A stretch of DNA of 36,911 nucleotides from a virus (Duplodnaviria > Heunggongvirae > Uroviricota > Caudoviricetes), in IMG/VR virus record IMGVR_UViG_2531839667_000007, one strand, 5' to 3'. This document shows, one piece after another, positions 1-7,575 of this stretch. The position numbers and the translations under genes were made by a program. Positions within the stretch are counted from its first letter, which is position 1; each line of letters begins with the position of its first letter. The notes under the pieces were generated by a model. The model worked only from the letters and a program-made list of their open reading frames with translations. It made no database searches and was not told where the DNA came from.

Positions 1-810
1 TGCCGTCAATGTTCCGGCATCCACATCACCAGGCCAGAGAGCGTAGGCCAGTTCGTCATCCAGTGTTTTCCATGTCTGCTTGTATTCGCGATGAATGGCA
101 GCAATGACCGGGCTGATTTTTCCTGTTGAATTTTCAGTGTGCTGTTGATTGGCTCTGGCGCGGGCGAGATCAACAACAGACGTGTATTTTCCGGTTTCCT
201 TGCGTTCACCTTCGCGACGTTTTTTCCAGATGCGCATCTCTGCCTGAATTTCGGGCCATTTGGCACCAGGCTTACATTTATGCTTAACCCACCCGATGGC
301 ATGCAGCTTAAGCTCCGGATACATGGCGTTAACTTCTGGCATTTTCATCAACGCTTCAACGATATGTCCGTCGAATGTTGCCATGTCTTCCTGCAACAGT
401 TCCTGCGCGCTAATCACCATATCAACGGTGATGTTTTCACATGTGTCGAACTTAACCATGACAGCGTTCTGTACTTCAGGGGCCAGCTTGTCAAAAGTGA
501 CGTTCATAGGATCTGATTCAGTCTCAACCGGGACAAAGGAAGCAGACTCCTCATCCCAGCGGTTTTCCTGCATAAATTCAGCATCCCAGGAATCGAGGGC
601 AGGGCGGGGTATACCGGGTTTATCCTCGCAAACAAGAAATTTATAAGCGCAGTCCTGAGCAGCCGGATAATGTTCCAGGAATTGCCAGTGAAATTTTGCG
701 CGGGCGCGACGTTCATCACCGGCTTCAATGGCTGTGGCTACAGGTTTAGCGCCTTCTTGTTTTATTGCCTGTTCGTCCGGAATGGCAGCGCAAATAAAGA
801 CTTTACTCAT
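1..810 (-). CDS. hypothetical early-region protein, partial (3' end beyond window start)
   Basis: Own minus-strand translation from ATG (complement of 808-810) with GAGG Shine-Dalgarno gives 270 codons with no stop down to position 1 (MSKVFICAAIPDEQAIKQEG...GDVDAGTLTA); absent from ORF track because no stop lies in the window; family not recognised. Confidence 0.55.
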   Translation of the reverse strand, partial: MSKVFICAAIPDEQAIKQEGAKPVATAIEAGDERRARAKFHWQFLEHYPAAQDCAYKFLVCEDKPGIPRPALDSWDAEFMQENRWDEESASFVPVETESDPMNVTFDKLAPEVQNAVMVKFDTCENITVDMVISAQELLQEDMATFDGHIVEALMKMPEVNAMYPELKLHAIGWVKHKCKPGAKWPEIQAEMRIWKKRREGERKETGKYTSVVDLARARANQQHTENSTGKISPVIAAIHREYKQTWKTLDDELAYALWPGDVDAGTLTA

Positions 811-903
811 TTTGTTTTAACCTCATGACAGATTTAAGGGTGAACAAATCCCTGCCATTGCTGGCATATAAGAATGAAATCGGATGTTTATTACGGAACT
901 GTT

Positions 904-1104
904 TTAAAGACCTGCCGGGATTTCGTTATTATCCTGGTGAATAACTTTATCGACCGGGTAACAGTTACCGGGAATTTTCTGTTCGGTTGCTGCAGTCACA
1001 CACTCCTGCATTGTCCTGTGAACACTGACTGCAATATCAACTGGCTCTCCGGAAACAAGAAAAACTGTCAGAACAAGTGCAAATGCTGTATTCATTGCCA
1101 GCAT
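904..1104 (-). CDS. small hypothetical protein with signal-peptide-like hydrophobic N-terminus (66 aa from internal Met of track ORF 904..1149)
   Basis: Track ORF; N-terminus MLAMNTAFALVLTVFLVSG is hydrophobic; start choice uncertain, weak SD. Confidence 0.3.
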   Translation of the reverse strand: MLAMNTAFALVLTVFLVSGEPVDIAVSVHRTMQECVTAATEQKIPGNCYPVDKVIHQDNNEIPAGL

Positions 1105-1280
1105 CCTTTTTGTATCGGACGTAAACGGGCCAGCATTGAAAGAATGCATATTTTATTTAATAACTCCCGTTCGTGTTTTCTCTTGTTAATGGCATCTTCA
1201 GTAAATACAGGGTTACTGATAGTGACACCAATTTCAAAACAACCTTCAGACGTATTAACGTTTGGTAATAACGTTTCCAT
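1092..1280 (-). CDS. small hypothetical early protein (62 aa, METLLPNVNTSEG...)
   Basis: Internal ATG of track ORF 1092..1385 preceded by GAGGA at 7-nt spacing on minus strand. Confidence 0.35.
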   Translation of the reverse strand: METLLPNVNTSEGCFEIGVTISNPVFTEDAINKRKHERELLNKICILSMLARLRPIQKGCWQ

Positions 1281-1848
1281 TATCGCGTCCTCAACAATGA
1301 ATTTTGTGATGCGGTGCCTGGTGCCTCCAGGTGACGTTAACCAGTTAACAATTAACGCCGGATACAGAGAATCCACCCATAACACTGTTTTTGGTTTTAA
1401 CTGTTCCGCGTGCGCTCAGCCGCATTCACCACATCACAAAATTCACTTTAAAAAGGGCGGCAGAGCAGTCACGGAGTAAAACTGATACCGCCAAACGTCA
1501 CCAGAAAATTGATAACAGAGGGCGTTGCAGCGGGGTTGTCACTTAAGCGTATGGTCAACCTGACAACCCGGTGTCCTCAACGGGGGAAGGAATAACCCCG
1601 CCATACTTACCGCCGCGCCATTTCGCGGATTGCCACAACCGGAAGCGCACGGTCGACGAAAATTTAACGACAGGCTATCTATGAACCAGCTACCTCGCCG
1701 TGCGCTTTCGCGTTATGGTCTGACTTTTCAGGGAAATATCCTTTCAGTAAACTGTCAATGCCGGATGCTCACCCGTGTCCGGCGCACGCACTCCACCTCA
1801 CCCGTGGAGAACTCCTTAATTACTAACCTTAGCTTTGTTGATTAGCTA

Positions 1849-2067
1849 CTAACGCGGGTATGTAATCATTCTGGCAATGCTTAATGCCGCTGCTTTTTCC
1901 AGATTGGTGATATCCTGCTCCAGAGCGGACAGATTTTCAGCCTGCTTAGCCCTGGCTTCATTGGCCCATTTCAAATCCTGCGCTGCATTAATTTTCTGGC
2001 GCATCCACTCATAAAGTTCATCATCGGTATAGTCTGGCGCGATGATGACGGGTTCTCGTTTCTGCAT
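1849..2067 (-). CDS. small hypothetical early protein (72 aa)
   Basis: Track ORF; ATG preceded by GAGGA at 6-nt spacing; tightly packed with neighbouring minus-strand ORFs. Confidence 0.5.
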   Translation of the reverse strand: MQKREPVIIAPDYTDDELYEWMRQKINAAQDLKWANEARAKQAENLSALEQDITNLEKAAALSIARMITYPR

Positions 2068-2096
2068 ACTGATTCCTCGCGGTGCTGTTTCGCTTA

Positions 2097-2225
2097 TCAG
2101 CCGTTAGATTTTGCCGAACTGGAAAGCGCCTGTTTAAATTCGTTGAAGCCGAGAGCTTCTTCGCCGTCGGCAAGACCTTCGAAGTATTCTTCGTAAGCCT
2201 TTTCCATGATTGTGTCGAAATCCAT
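2097..2225 (-). CDS. small acidic hypothetical protein (42 aa, MDFDTIMEKAYEEYFEGLADGEEALGFNEFKQALSSSAKSNG)
   Basis: Own translation; ATG with AGGTGA SD at 5-nt spacing, 1 nt after the stop of the upstream ORF; below track length cutoff. Confidence 0.35.
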   Translation of the reverse strand: MDFDTIMEKAYEEYFEGLADGEEALGFNEFKQALSSSAKSNG

Positions 2226-2226
2226 A

Positions 2227-2382
2227 TCACTCACCTGAGTTTCTTTCCAGCCAGCGACGGGCACCATTTTCGGTTTTAAACGTTTTGCTTTTGGTATACG
2301 TCATCGCGGTGAATGTGCCGTCCTGGTTGGGAAACACGCCGTACACCAGAGATTCGTTGTTGCCAAGACCGATAGTATCCAT
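2227..2382 (-). CDS. small hypothetical protein, first gene leftward of the immunity region (51 aa from MDTIGLGNNE; alternative start at 2463)
   Basis: Track ORF 2227..2463; internal ATG preceded by GAGG at about 5-nt spacing; no arginine-rich N-like motif. Confidence 0.4.
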   Translation of the reverse strand: MDTIGLGNNESLVYGVFPNQDGTFTAMTYTKSKTFKTENGARRWLERNSGE

Positions 2383-2567
2383 GTTGACCTCATTTCCCCT
2401 TAACGCCGGGGTAGCGGAACAAAAACCTGCTGCATAGTTATTAAAGTTGAACCCTGCCGTCATGTTCTTACGCCTCGGGCTGGCTACTTAACCCCTGACC
2501 ACTGCCTGGTAACTCGAAGTATTGCCCTGCGTTCTGCGGGACGGGGTGGGTTGGTATGAAAGGAAGG

Positions 2568-2606
2568 ATACCCACGGGTATTTAAAAAGTAAATACCCGT
2601 GGGTAA
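2568..2606. promoter_or_regulatory. left operator region: two 14-bp palindromic sites ATACCCACGGGTAT (2568-2581) and ATACCCGTGGGTAA (2593-2606), candidate OL
   Basis: Near-perfect inverted repeats 25 bp centre to centre, just 3' of the repressor gene, matching two related sites on the other side of the repressor. Confidence 0.5.
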
Positions 2607-2648
2607 TTTTTTTGATGTGTCTTAACTGGTGACTGGTTGTTTGGTGAG

Positions 2649-3068
2649 TTATGATGCGTTTTGTGCTTTCTTTTTACGGATTTCTTCGTAGATCATATTG
2701 TAATACTGTTTTTTCTCTTCAAGAGTTTTTAATAAGTTATCCGCTTCACTTTCTGGCAGTTCGTCTAAGAGATCTAAAAAAATACGTTGTCGTGGCGTTA
2801 GAACCCTTGTTTCATAATTGGAGGCTGTGTTCGTTGATGATGAAACGATACCATCCATCCATCCCCGGGGTAACCCAAAGGACTCTTCTATAATCTCCAC
2901 CATATCATCAGCGATCCGTTTTTTTCCTTTTTTCCCCTCTGGGTACAACATTCTTGATACATAAGAAGGCTCGCGACCGATCTTTCTGGCCACGTTAACC
3001 GCTTTACCATCGCATTTCTCATCACGAATTTTGATGAGTTGTTGTCGTCTAAATTCATATTTGTCCAT
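2649..3068 (-). CDS. phage repressor (cI analogue), short HTH protein without LexA-like S24 peptidase domain
   Basis: 139 aa, HTH-like segment GKAVNVARKIGREPSYVSRMLY; divergent from cro-like gene; flanked by repeated operator-like sites. Confidence 0.75.
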   Translation of the reverse strand: MDKYEFRRQQLIKIRDEKCDGKAVNVARKIGREPSYVSRMLYPEGKKGKKRIADDMVEIIEESFGLPRGWMDGIVSSSTNTASNYETRVLTPRQRIFLDLLDELPESEADNLLKTLEEKKQYYNMIYEEIRKKKAQNAS

Positions 3069-3074
3069 AGGTAA

Positions 3075-3144
3075 ATAATAGATGCGATTACCGCAAGGTA
3101 AACAACCTAGGGGTATTGACTTTTGTTTACCTGTGGGTATTCTT
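3075..3144. promoter_or_regulatory. right operator/promoter region: sites ACCTAGGGGTAT (3105-3116) and ACCTGTGGGTAT (3129-3140); candidate PR -35 TTGACT (3116-3121) and -10 ATTCTT (3139-3144); candidate leaderless PRM with -10 TATTAT on minus strand (3075-3080)
   Basis: Operator-like repeats share ACCY-NN-GGGTAT core with the left sites; promoter hexamers read from sequence, not verified. Confidence 0.45.
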
Positions 3145-3168
3145 TACTGTGTTTACTAAGGAGTAGCT

Positions 3169-3450
3169 ATGGAAGAATTAAGAATATTTCTCAATTCTCT
3201 TTCGTCAGATGAACAGCGTATGTTTGCATGTGAGTGTGGTACTAGCATCGGTTATCTAAGAAAGGCATTGAGTAAAGGTCAAATCTTAGGGGCATCGTTA
3301 TGTGTCCTTATTGAGCGAGCCAGTAATGGTGAAGTTACACGTCAGCAACTAAGGCCTTTTGATTGGATGAATATTTGGCCCGAGCTGGAAGATACCAAAA
3401 CGTTAACACAACCACTTACTAGGAGCTTGATTCATGAAAATCAAGCATGA
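3169..3450 (+). CDS. Cro-like early regulator (YdaS-like HTH protein)
   Basis: 93 aa, divergent from repressor, AAGGAG SD 5 nt upstream; resemblance to Rac-prophage YdaS family is from recall. Confidence 0.65.
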   Translation: MEELRIFLNSLSSDEQRMFACECGTSIGYLRKALSKGQILGASLCVLIERASNGEVTRQQLRPFDWMNIWPELEDTKTLTQPLTRSLIHENQA

Positions 3451-3859
3451 ACACATCCGCATGGCGATGAATGCCTGGGCGCGTCCTGATGGCGAAAAAG
3501 TTCCAGCAGCTGGAATAACCCAGGCTTATTTTGAGTTGGGTATGACGTTTCCTGAACTGTATGACGACAGCCATCCGGAAGCCCTGGCTCGCAATACCCA
3601 GAAAATTTTCCGCTGGGTAGAGAAAGACACCCCTGATGCAGTTGAAAAAATTCAGGCGTTGTTACCAGCGATCGAAAAGGCAATGCCACCTTTGCTGGTG
3701 GCCAGAATGCGCAGCCACAGTTCAGCTTATTTTCGGGAGCTGGTGGAGACGCGGGAGCGATTGGTGAGAGACGCTGATGATTTTGTCGCAGTGGCAATCG
3801 CCGGTTTCAATCAGATGAACCGTGGTGGCCCGGCAGGAAATGCTGTGGCAGTACATTGA
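3434..3859 (+). CDS. YdaT-like protein (CII-position regulator of Rac-type prophages)
   Basis: 141 aa starting MKIKHEHI, as recalled for Rac YdaT; overlaps the cro-like gene end; AGGAG SD. Confidence 0.65.
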   Translation: MKIKHEHIRMAMNAWARPDGEKVPAAGITQAYFELGMTFPELYDDSHPEALARNTQKIFRWVEKDTPDAVEKIQALLPAIEKAMPPLLVARMRSHSSAYFRELVETRERLVRDADDFVAVAIAGFNQMNRGGPAGNAVAVH

Positions 3860-3930
3860 CTGACAATAGCCATATCGAATCGCTTCCGGCAACTCGTGAG
3901 TAAAAAGATTCGGTATCAGAAGAGGTGAGT

Positions 3931-5001
3931 ATGGCTAACGCTTGGCTCAGATTATGGCATGACATGCCAAATGACCCTAAGTGGCGAACAATTGCCAGGG
4001 TGTCAGGGCAGCCAATTGCAACAGTGATGGCAGTGTATATCCACCTCCTGGTGAGCGCGTCACGAAATGTCACGCGAGGTCACATTGATGTCACGACAGA
4101 AGATTTGGCAAGTGCGCTCGACGTGACAGAAGAGGTAATTGATTCAATTTTGCAGACGATGCAGGGGCGGGTACTTGATGGTGATTTAATCACTGGATGG
4201 GAAAAACGCCAGGTGCTTAAAGAGGACAACGGCAATATTTCGCAAACCGCAAAATCTCCTGCAGAGCGCAAGAGGGCGCAGCGAGAGAGGGAAAGAAAGC
4301 GGGAACAAAATGGCGATTGTCACGGCGCGTCACGAAATGTCACGCACATGTCACGACGAGTCACGACAGATAAAGATACAGATAAAGATACAGATCAAGA
4401 AGATCAAAACACTATGGTCCATGGCGTAAAAAACGCCACGAACCAGGCAGGGGATGTTCAGACCGTCAATCTTGGTCAGCCAGCAGGCACGACACCGGAA
4501 GCCGATTCAGCGTATGCGCTGAAAGCCGATTCGGGCGCTGTGCAGCAGGTGATGACCGCAAGGCCGGAGCAATCACACCAACTGCAGCAGCCTGAAGCCG
4601 ATTCCGCCATTCTGCGGGAAGCCGATCGGGTAGTCCCGGAAAACACCGGGCAGTCTGTGGGACGAGTGGATTATCCGGATGTGTTCGAACAGGTCTGGCG
4701 GGAGTACCCGTTGCGTGCCGGAGCAAACCCGAAGAAATCCGCTTTCAGTGCCTGGAAGGCCAGATTACGCGAGGGGGTGCCACCAGAGGCCATGCTGGAT
4801 GGCGTGAGGCGTTACGCAAGATACTTGGCGGCTACCGGGAAAACGGGAACGGAATTTGTTCAGCGAGCGACGACGTTTTTAGGACCGGACCGGAATTTTG
4901 AGAACCCCTGGTTGCTCCCGGTAAGCGGTACGAACAACCAGCGTTGCGTGAATCACATTTCTGAACCAGATACCGAAATTCCACTGGGCTTCAGGGGGTA
5001 A
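3931..5001 (+). CDS. replication initiation protein (lambda O analogue) with internal iterons
   Basis: 356 aa from ATG 3931 (SD AGAAGAGG); position after cro/CII-like genes; contains two clusters of GTCACG direct repeats. Confidence 0.65.
   Translation: MANAWLRLWHDMPNDPKWRTIARVSGQPIATVMAVYIHLLVSASRNVTRGHIDVTTEDLASALDVTEEVIDSILQTMQGRVLDGDLITGWEKRQVLKEDNGNISQTAKSPAERKRAQRERERKREQNGDCHGASRNVTHMSRRVTTDKDTDKDTDQEDQNTMVHGVKNATNQAGDVQTVNLGQPAGTTPEADSAYALKADSGAVQQVMTARPEQSHQLQQPEADSAILREADRVVPENTGQSVGRVDYPDVFEQVWREYPLRAGANPKKSAFSAWKARLREGVPPEAMLDGVRRYARYLAATGKTGTEFVQRATTFLGPDRNFENPWLLPVSGTNNQRCVNHISEPDTEIPLGFRG
4059..4095. repeat. iteron cluster 1: GTCACG/GTCACA at 4059, 4069, 4079, 4090 (about 10-bp phasing)
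   Basis: Direct repeats read from sequence inside the replication gene; encode ASRNVTRGHIDVTT. Confidence 0.55.
4319..4390. repeat. iteron cluster 2: GTCACG at 4319, 4329, 4339, 4350, 4360 followed by AT-rich tandem ACAGATAAAGAT x2 (candidate origin)
   Basis: Direct repeats at helical phasing then AT-rich tandem repeat, as in lambda ori inside O. Confidence 0.55.
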
Positions 5002-5041
5002 GTGTTGATTTCTGGTCATGAGGTAATTTTCAGGAGGACTT

Positions 5042-5464
5042 GTGGCAAAAGTTTTTACACAAGAAGAGCGAGAAAAAATTAAAGGGCAGGTTGTTGAACT
5101 CGTACGCCAGAGTGGGCGTGAGACGTTACGGCAACTGGAAGTCAAGACAGGTGCGACAAGATATCTGATGAGCGTTCTCGCAAGAGAGCTGGTTGCCAGC
5201 GGCGATGTATACAACTCTGGTTACGGGTTGTTCCCGTCTGAACAGGCGCGTAAGGACTGGCAAAACGCCCGCAAAAAACTCTCAAGGGCAAATCTGAAGA
5301 AACCATCTGTGGTTGATCCTGACCTTATCTGGTCATTACCAGACGGAGAAATACGCCGCTACGACAGGCGTCAAAACATAATCTGTAGCGAGTGCCGGAA
5401 GAGCGAAGCTATGCAGCGTGTACTGGCTTTCTATCAGGGTAATTTTCAGAAGGTGCTGTTGTGA
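5042..5464 (+). CDS. hypothetical protein at the lambda P position (140 aa, GTG start)
   Basis: Track ORF; GTG start 4 nt after AGGAGG; not DnaC-like or lambda P-like by eye; C-terminal CSEC motif. Confidence 0.55.
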   Translation: MAKVFTQEEREKIKGQVVELVRQSGRETLRQLEVKTGATRYLMSVLARELVASGDVYNSGYGLFPSEQARKDWQNARKKLSRANLKKPSVVDPDLIWSLPDGEIRRYDRRQNIICSECRKSEAMQRVLAFYQGNFQKVLL

Positions 5465-5569
5465 GCCAAATTAACAATCGGAACTTCGTGAAGAGAAAGC
5501 ATAATCCAAATCTGAATAATTAAGTTCAGCACTGTAAATAAAATTTAATCCTTAACTGGAGGTATATCT

Positions 5570-5683
5570 ATGTCAAATACACAGAAAATTATTAACACTG
5601 AAAAATATAACGAGTGGGTGAAAAATTCTCTGAGCAGATTTTTAAAATTACTGGCGACGAGAATGTGGCAAAAAATGAATTAG
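5570..5683 (+). CDS. small ORF (37 aa, MSNTQKIINTEKYNEWVKNSLSRFLKLLATRMWQKMN)
   Basis: Own translation; ATG 7 nt after GGAGG; AT-rich segment. Confidence 0.3.
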   Translation: MSNTQKIINTEKYNEWVKNSLSRFLKLLATRMWQKMN

Positions 5684-5813
5684 AACCGTGGACACCTGAA
5701 GGAAACGCACCAAATTATTGCTGGTGGGAGGTTGATCCGGTTGATGCTGCAAATGAAGCCATGAGTTACCACAACGATTAATGTCGGGAGGCCGCCCGAA
5801 AGGGCGGTAAGAA

Positions 5814-6032
5814 ATGACTACATTATTCAGAAAAGAATATCCGCAAAAAAGTAGGGCGACAGAATTTTTGTTTCTCATTCTGTTTATCGTATTGATGATA
5901 CCGATATCCCCTCTAATTTTTGTCTGGGCAATCGGGAAAATAATTGAGCCAGTTACTGAATTGTATACCGACGTTGTATGGGCGTCGTTCAACACACTGC
6001 ACAATAAAATTAATCCGTATAAGGAAAACTGA
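5814..6032 (+). CDS. small predicted membrane protein (72 aa)
   Basis: Track ORF; hydrophobic stretch FLFLILFIVLMIPISPLIFVWAIG; SD-like AAGGGCGG lies inside hairpin 5792-5807. Confidence 0.4.
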   Translation: MTTLFRKEYPQKSRATEFLFLILFIVLMIPISPLIFVWAIGKIIEPVTELYTDVVWASFNTLHNKINPYKEN

Positions 6033-6033
6033 T

Positions 6034-6297
6034 ATGGCAACTTTGACAAAAAAAGAACGGGCATGGTTGAACGAATTACAGGAAGTTCTTGATCGCTGTC
6101 CATCACCGAAAAAAATTGGCTTTTACACCATTGGCGATAAAAGCATTTACCTGTATGACCTACGCCGCATGGATGAAATCATGGAGGCTCTTGATAATCG
6201 TTCGTCGATGGATTGGTGTGTTGCTGTTCATGATATGAATGCAGGGTTTGATGAAAAGATTTTGTTCCCCTCATCAGTTGAAAGCACTGCGGGTTAA
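6034..6297 (+). CDS. hypothetical protein (87 aa from MATLTKKERAW)
   Basis: Internal ATG of track ORF 5944..6297, AAGGAAAA SD. Confidence 0.5.
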   Translation: MATLTKKERAWLNELQEVLDRCPSPKKIGFYTIGDKSIYLYDLRRMDEIMEALDNRSSMDWCVAVHDMNAGFDEKILFPSSVESTAG

Positions 6298-6307
6298 GGA
6301 GTAACAC

Positions 6308-6961
6308 ATGACCACTATTACCAAAGAACGTATTGAATTGTTCATTAAAAATCCGCTTGAAAACGGGCTTACCCGTGGTGAACAAATGGAACTGGCACGG
6401 ATTGCGCTGGCATCGCTGGAAGCAGAGCCGGTGGCAAAGATTATAGCTCATTACCCATTAGGAGTTGACGTAGGCAAACAAAAGTTCGTACAGGCCATTG
6501 GAGAGCTTCCTGACTTTGGCGGATATCTATTTGCCGCCCCTCCAGCGCCGATAGTGCCGGAAGAAATGTATTGGCAGGATGCGCCAGTTGAAGGCAGCAG
6601 CAAAGCGGCTGCATACGCTACAGGCTGGAACGATTGCCGCGAAGCCATGCTTCAGTCCGGAAACTTTCGGGAAAATAAAGATTCGTCAACCAATAATTTT
6701 CGGAAAATCCCGGAAGCGTCAACCAGCTCTCCGGTAACTCCGGCTCTTCTGCCTGGTGGTTTCACCATTGAGGATGCGAAGGATTTACATGAAGACCTGG
6801 TGCGCAGCCACATAAGCCAGGCTTTAAGTAGCGAAAAGATGAAAAAGAAAGATCGCGATGCTGATTTGCGTTGGATCCATGGCGTTATAGTTCAGGCAGC
6901 GTGGTTTGTGAAAGCATCACTGGAAGCGTTGCCTGAACTGTCGCAGGAGGTGAATCAATGA
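6308..6961 (+). CDS. hypothetical phage protein (217 aa)
   Basis: Track ORF; ATG after TAAGGAG; family not recognised. Confidence 0.6.
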   Translation: MTTITKERIELFIKNPLENGLTRGEQMELARIALASLEAEPVAKIIAHYPLGVDVGKQKFVQAIGELPDFGGYLFAAPPAPIVPEEMYWQDAPVEGSSKAAAYATGWNDCREAMLQSGNFRENKDSSTNNFRKIPEASTSSPVTPALLPGGFTIEDAKDLHEDLVRSHISQALSSEKMKKKDRDADLRWIHGVIVQAAWFVKASLEALPELSQEVNQ

Positions 6962-7041
6962 CCTGGCCTGAGGCATTCACAACGGTAGGAATTGCGATGG
7001 CGGTGACGCTGGTGGTGTATTCGATTTGCCGCTGGGGATAA
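6958..7041 (+). CDS. small hydrophobic peptide (27 aa, MTWPEAFTTVGIAMAVTLVVYSICRWG)
   Basis: Own translation; ATGA start/stop overlap with upstream gene, CAGGAGG SD at 7 nt. Confidence 0.3.
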   Translation: MTWPEAFTTVGIAMAVTLVVYSICRWG

Positions 7042-7048
7042 AAACGGT

Positions 7049-7076
7049 TTGCGGGAAAAGGAGAGTTAAGTAGAAT
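7049..7076 (+). promoter_or_regulatory. candidate promoter of the hok-like mRNA (-35 TTGCGG 7049-7054, -10 TAGAAT 7071-7076)
   Basis: Hexamers with 16-bp spacer placing the start near 7083, where the 5' element complementary to the mRNA 3' end begins. Confidence 0.35.
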
Positions 7077-7252
7077 TGCTGCGGGTGCTTGAGGCTATCT
7101 GTCTCAGGCATGAACACCAAAAGGCAGATAGAGAAAAGCCCCAGTTAACATTACGCGTCCGGCAAGACGCTTAACATTAATCTGAGGCCATATCTATGCT
7201 CTACACACGTAGGTTAGCCTCTTACGTGCCGAAAGGCAAGGAGAAGCAGGCT

Positions 7253-7408
7253 ATGAAGCAGCAAAAGGCGATGCTTATCGCCCTGATCGTCATCTGTTTA
7301 ACCGTCATTGTGACGGCACTGGTAACGAGGAAAGACCTCTGCGAGGTACGACTCCGAACCGGCCAGACGGAGGTCGCTGTCTTCACAGCTTACGAACCTG
7401 AGGAGTAA
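7253..7408 (+). CDS. hok: Hok/Gef family type I toxin (51 aa)
   Basis: MKQQKAMLIALIVICLTVIVTALVTRKDLCEVRLRTGQTEVAVFTAYEPEE aligns with plasmid R1 Hok along its length; strong SD AAGGCAAGGAGAAG; in-frame upstream ATG at 7196. Confidence 0.8.
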   Translation: MKQQKAMLIALIVICLTVIVTALVTRKDLCEVRLRTGQTEVAVFTAYEPEE

Positions 7409-7478
7409 GAGACCAGGCGAGGGAGAAATCCCTCGCCACCTCTGATGAGTCAGGCATCCTCAACGCACCCGCACTTAA

Positions 7479-7503
7479 CCCGCTTCGGCGGGTTTTGTTT
7501 TTT
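7479..7503 (+). terminator. rho-independent terminator of the hok-like transcript
   Basis: CCCGC-TTCG-GCGGG hairpin followed by TTTTGTTTTTT. Confidence 0.6.
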
Positions 7504-7575
7504 CCTGGCATTCTGGTTTACAATTCGCACGTCAGCCTGAACACCTGACACCTGCTGCGCCAGCAGAGAAAACAG

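Noticed and set aside
874-1479. 201-aa plus-strand ORF
   Set aside because: Cys-rich low-complexity translation, antisense to better-supported minus-strand ORFs, no SD; treated as a shadow ORF
2021-2230. 69-aa basic minus-strand ORF considered as an N-like antiterminator
   Set aside because: GTG start with SD at zero spacing; overlaps the start of the 1849-2067 gene; the overlapping 42-aa ATG ORF (2097-2225) has the better start context; no clear arginine-rich motif
5648-6106. 152-aa minus-strand ORF
   Set aside because: GTG start without SD; antisense to three plus-strand ORFs that have Shine-Dalgarno sequences; likely shadow ORF in AT-rich DNA
7196-7252. 70-aa extended Hok starting at ATG 7196
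   Set aside because: Hok/Gef toxins are about 50 aa and ATG 7253 has a strong SD; the in-frame upstream ATG is kept only as a possible mok-like feature
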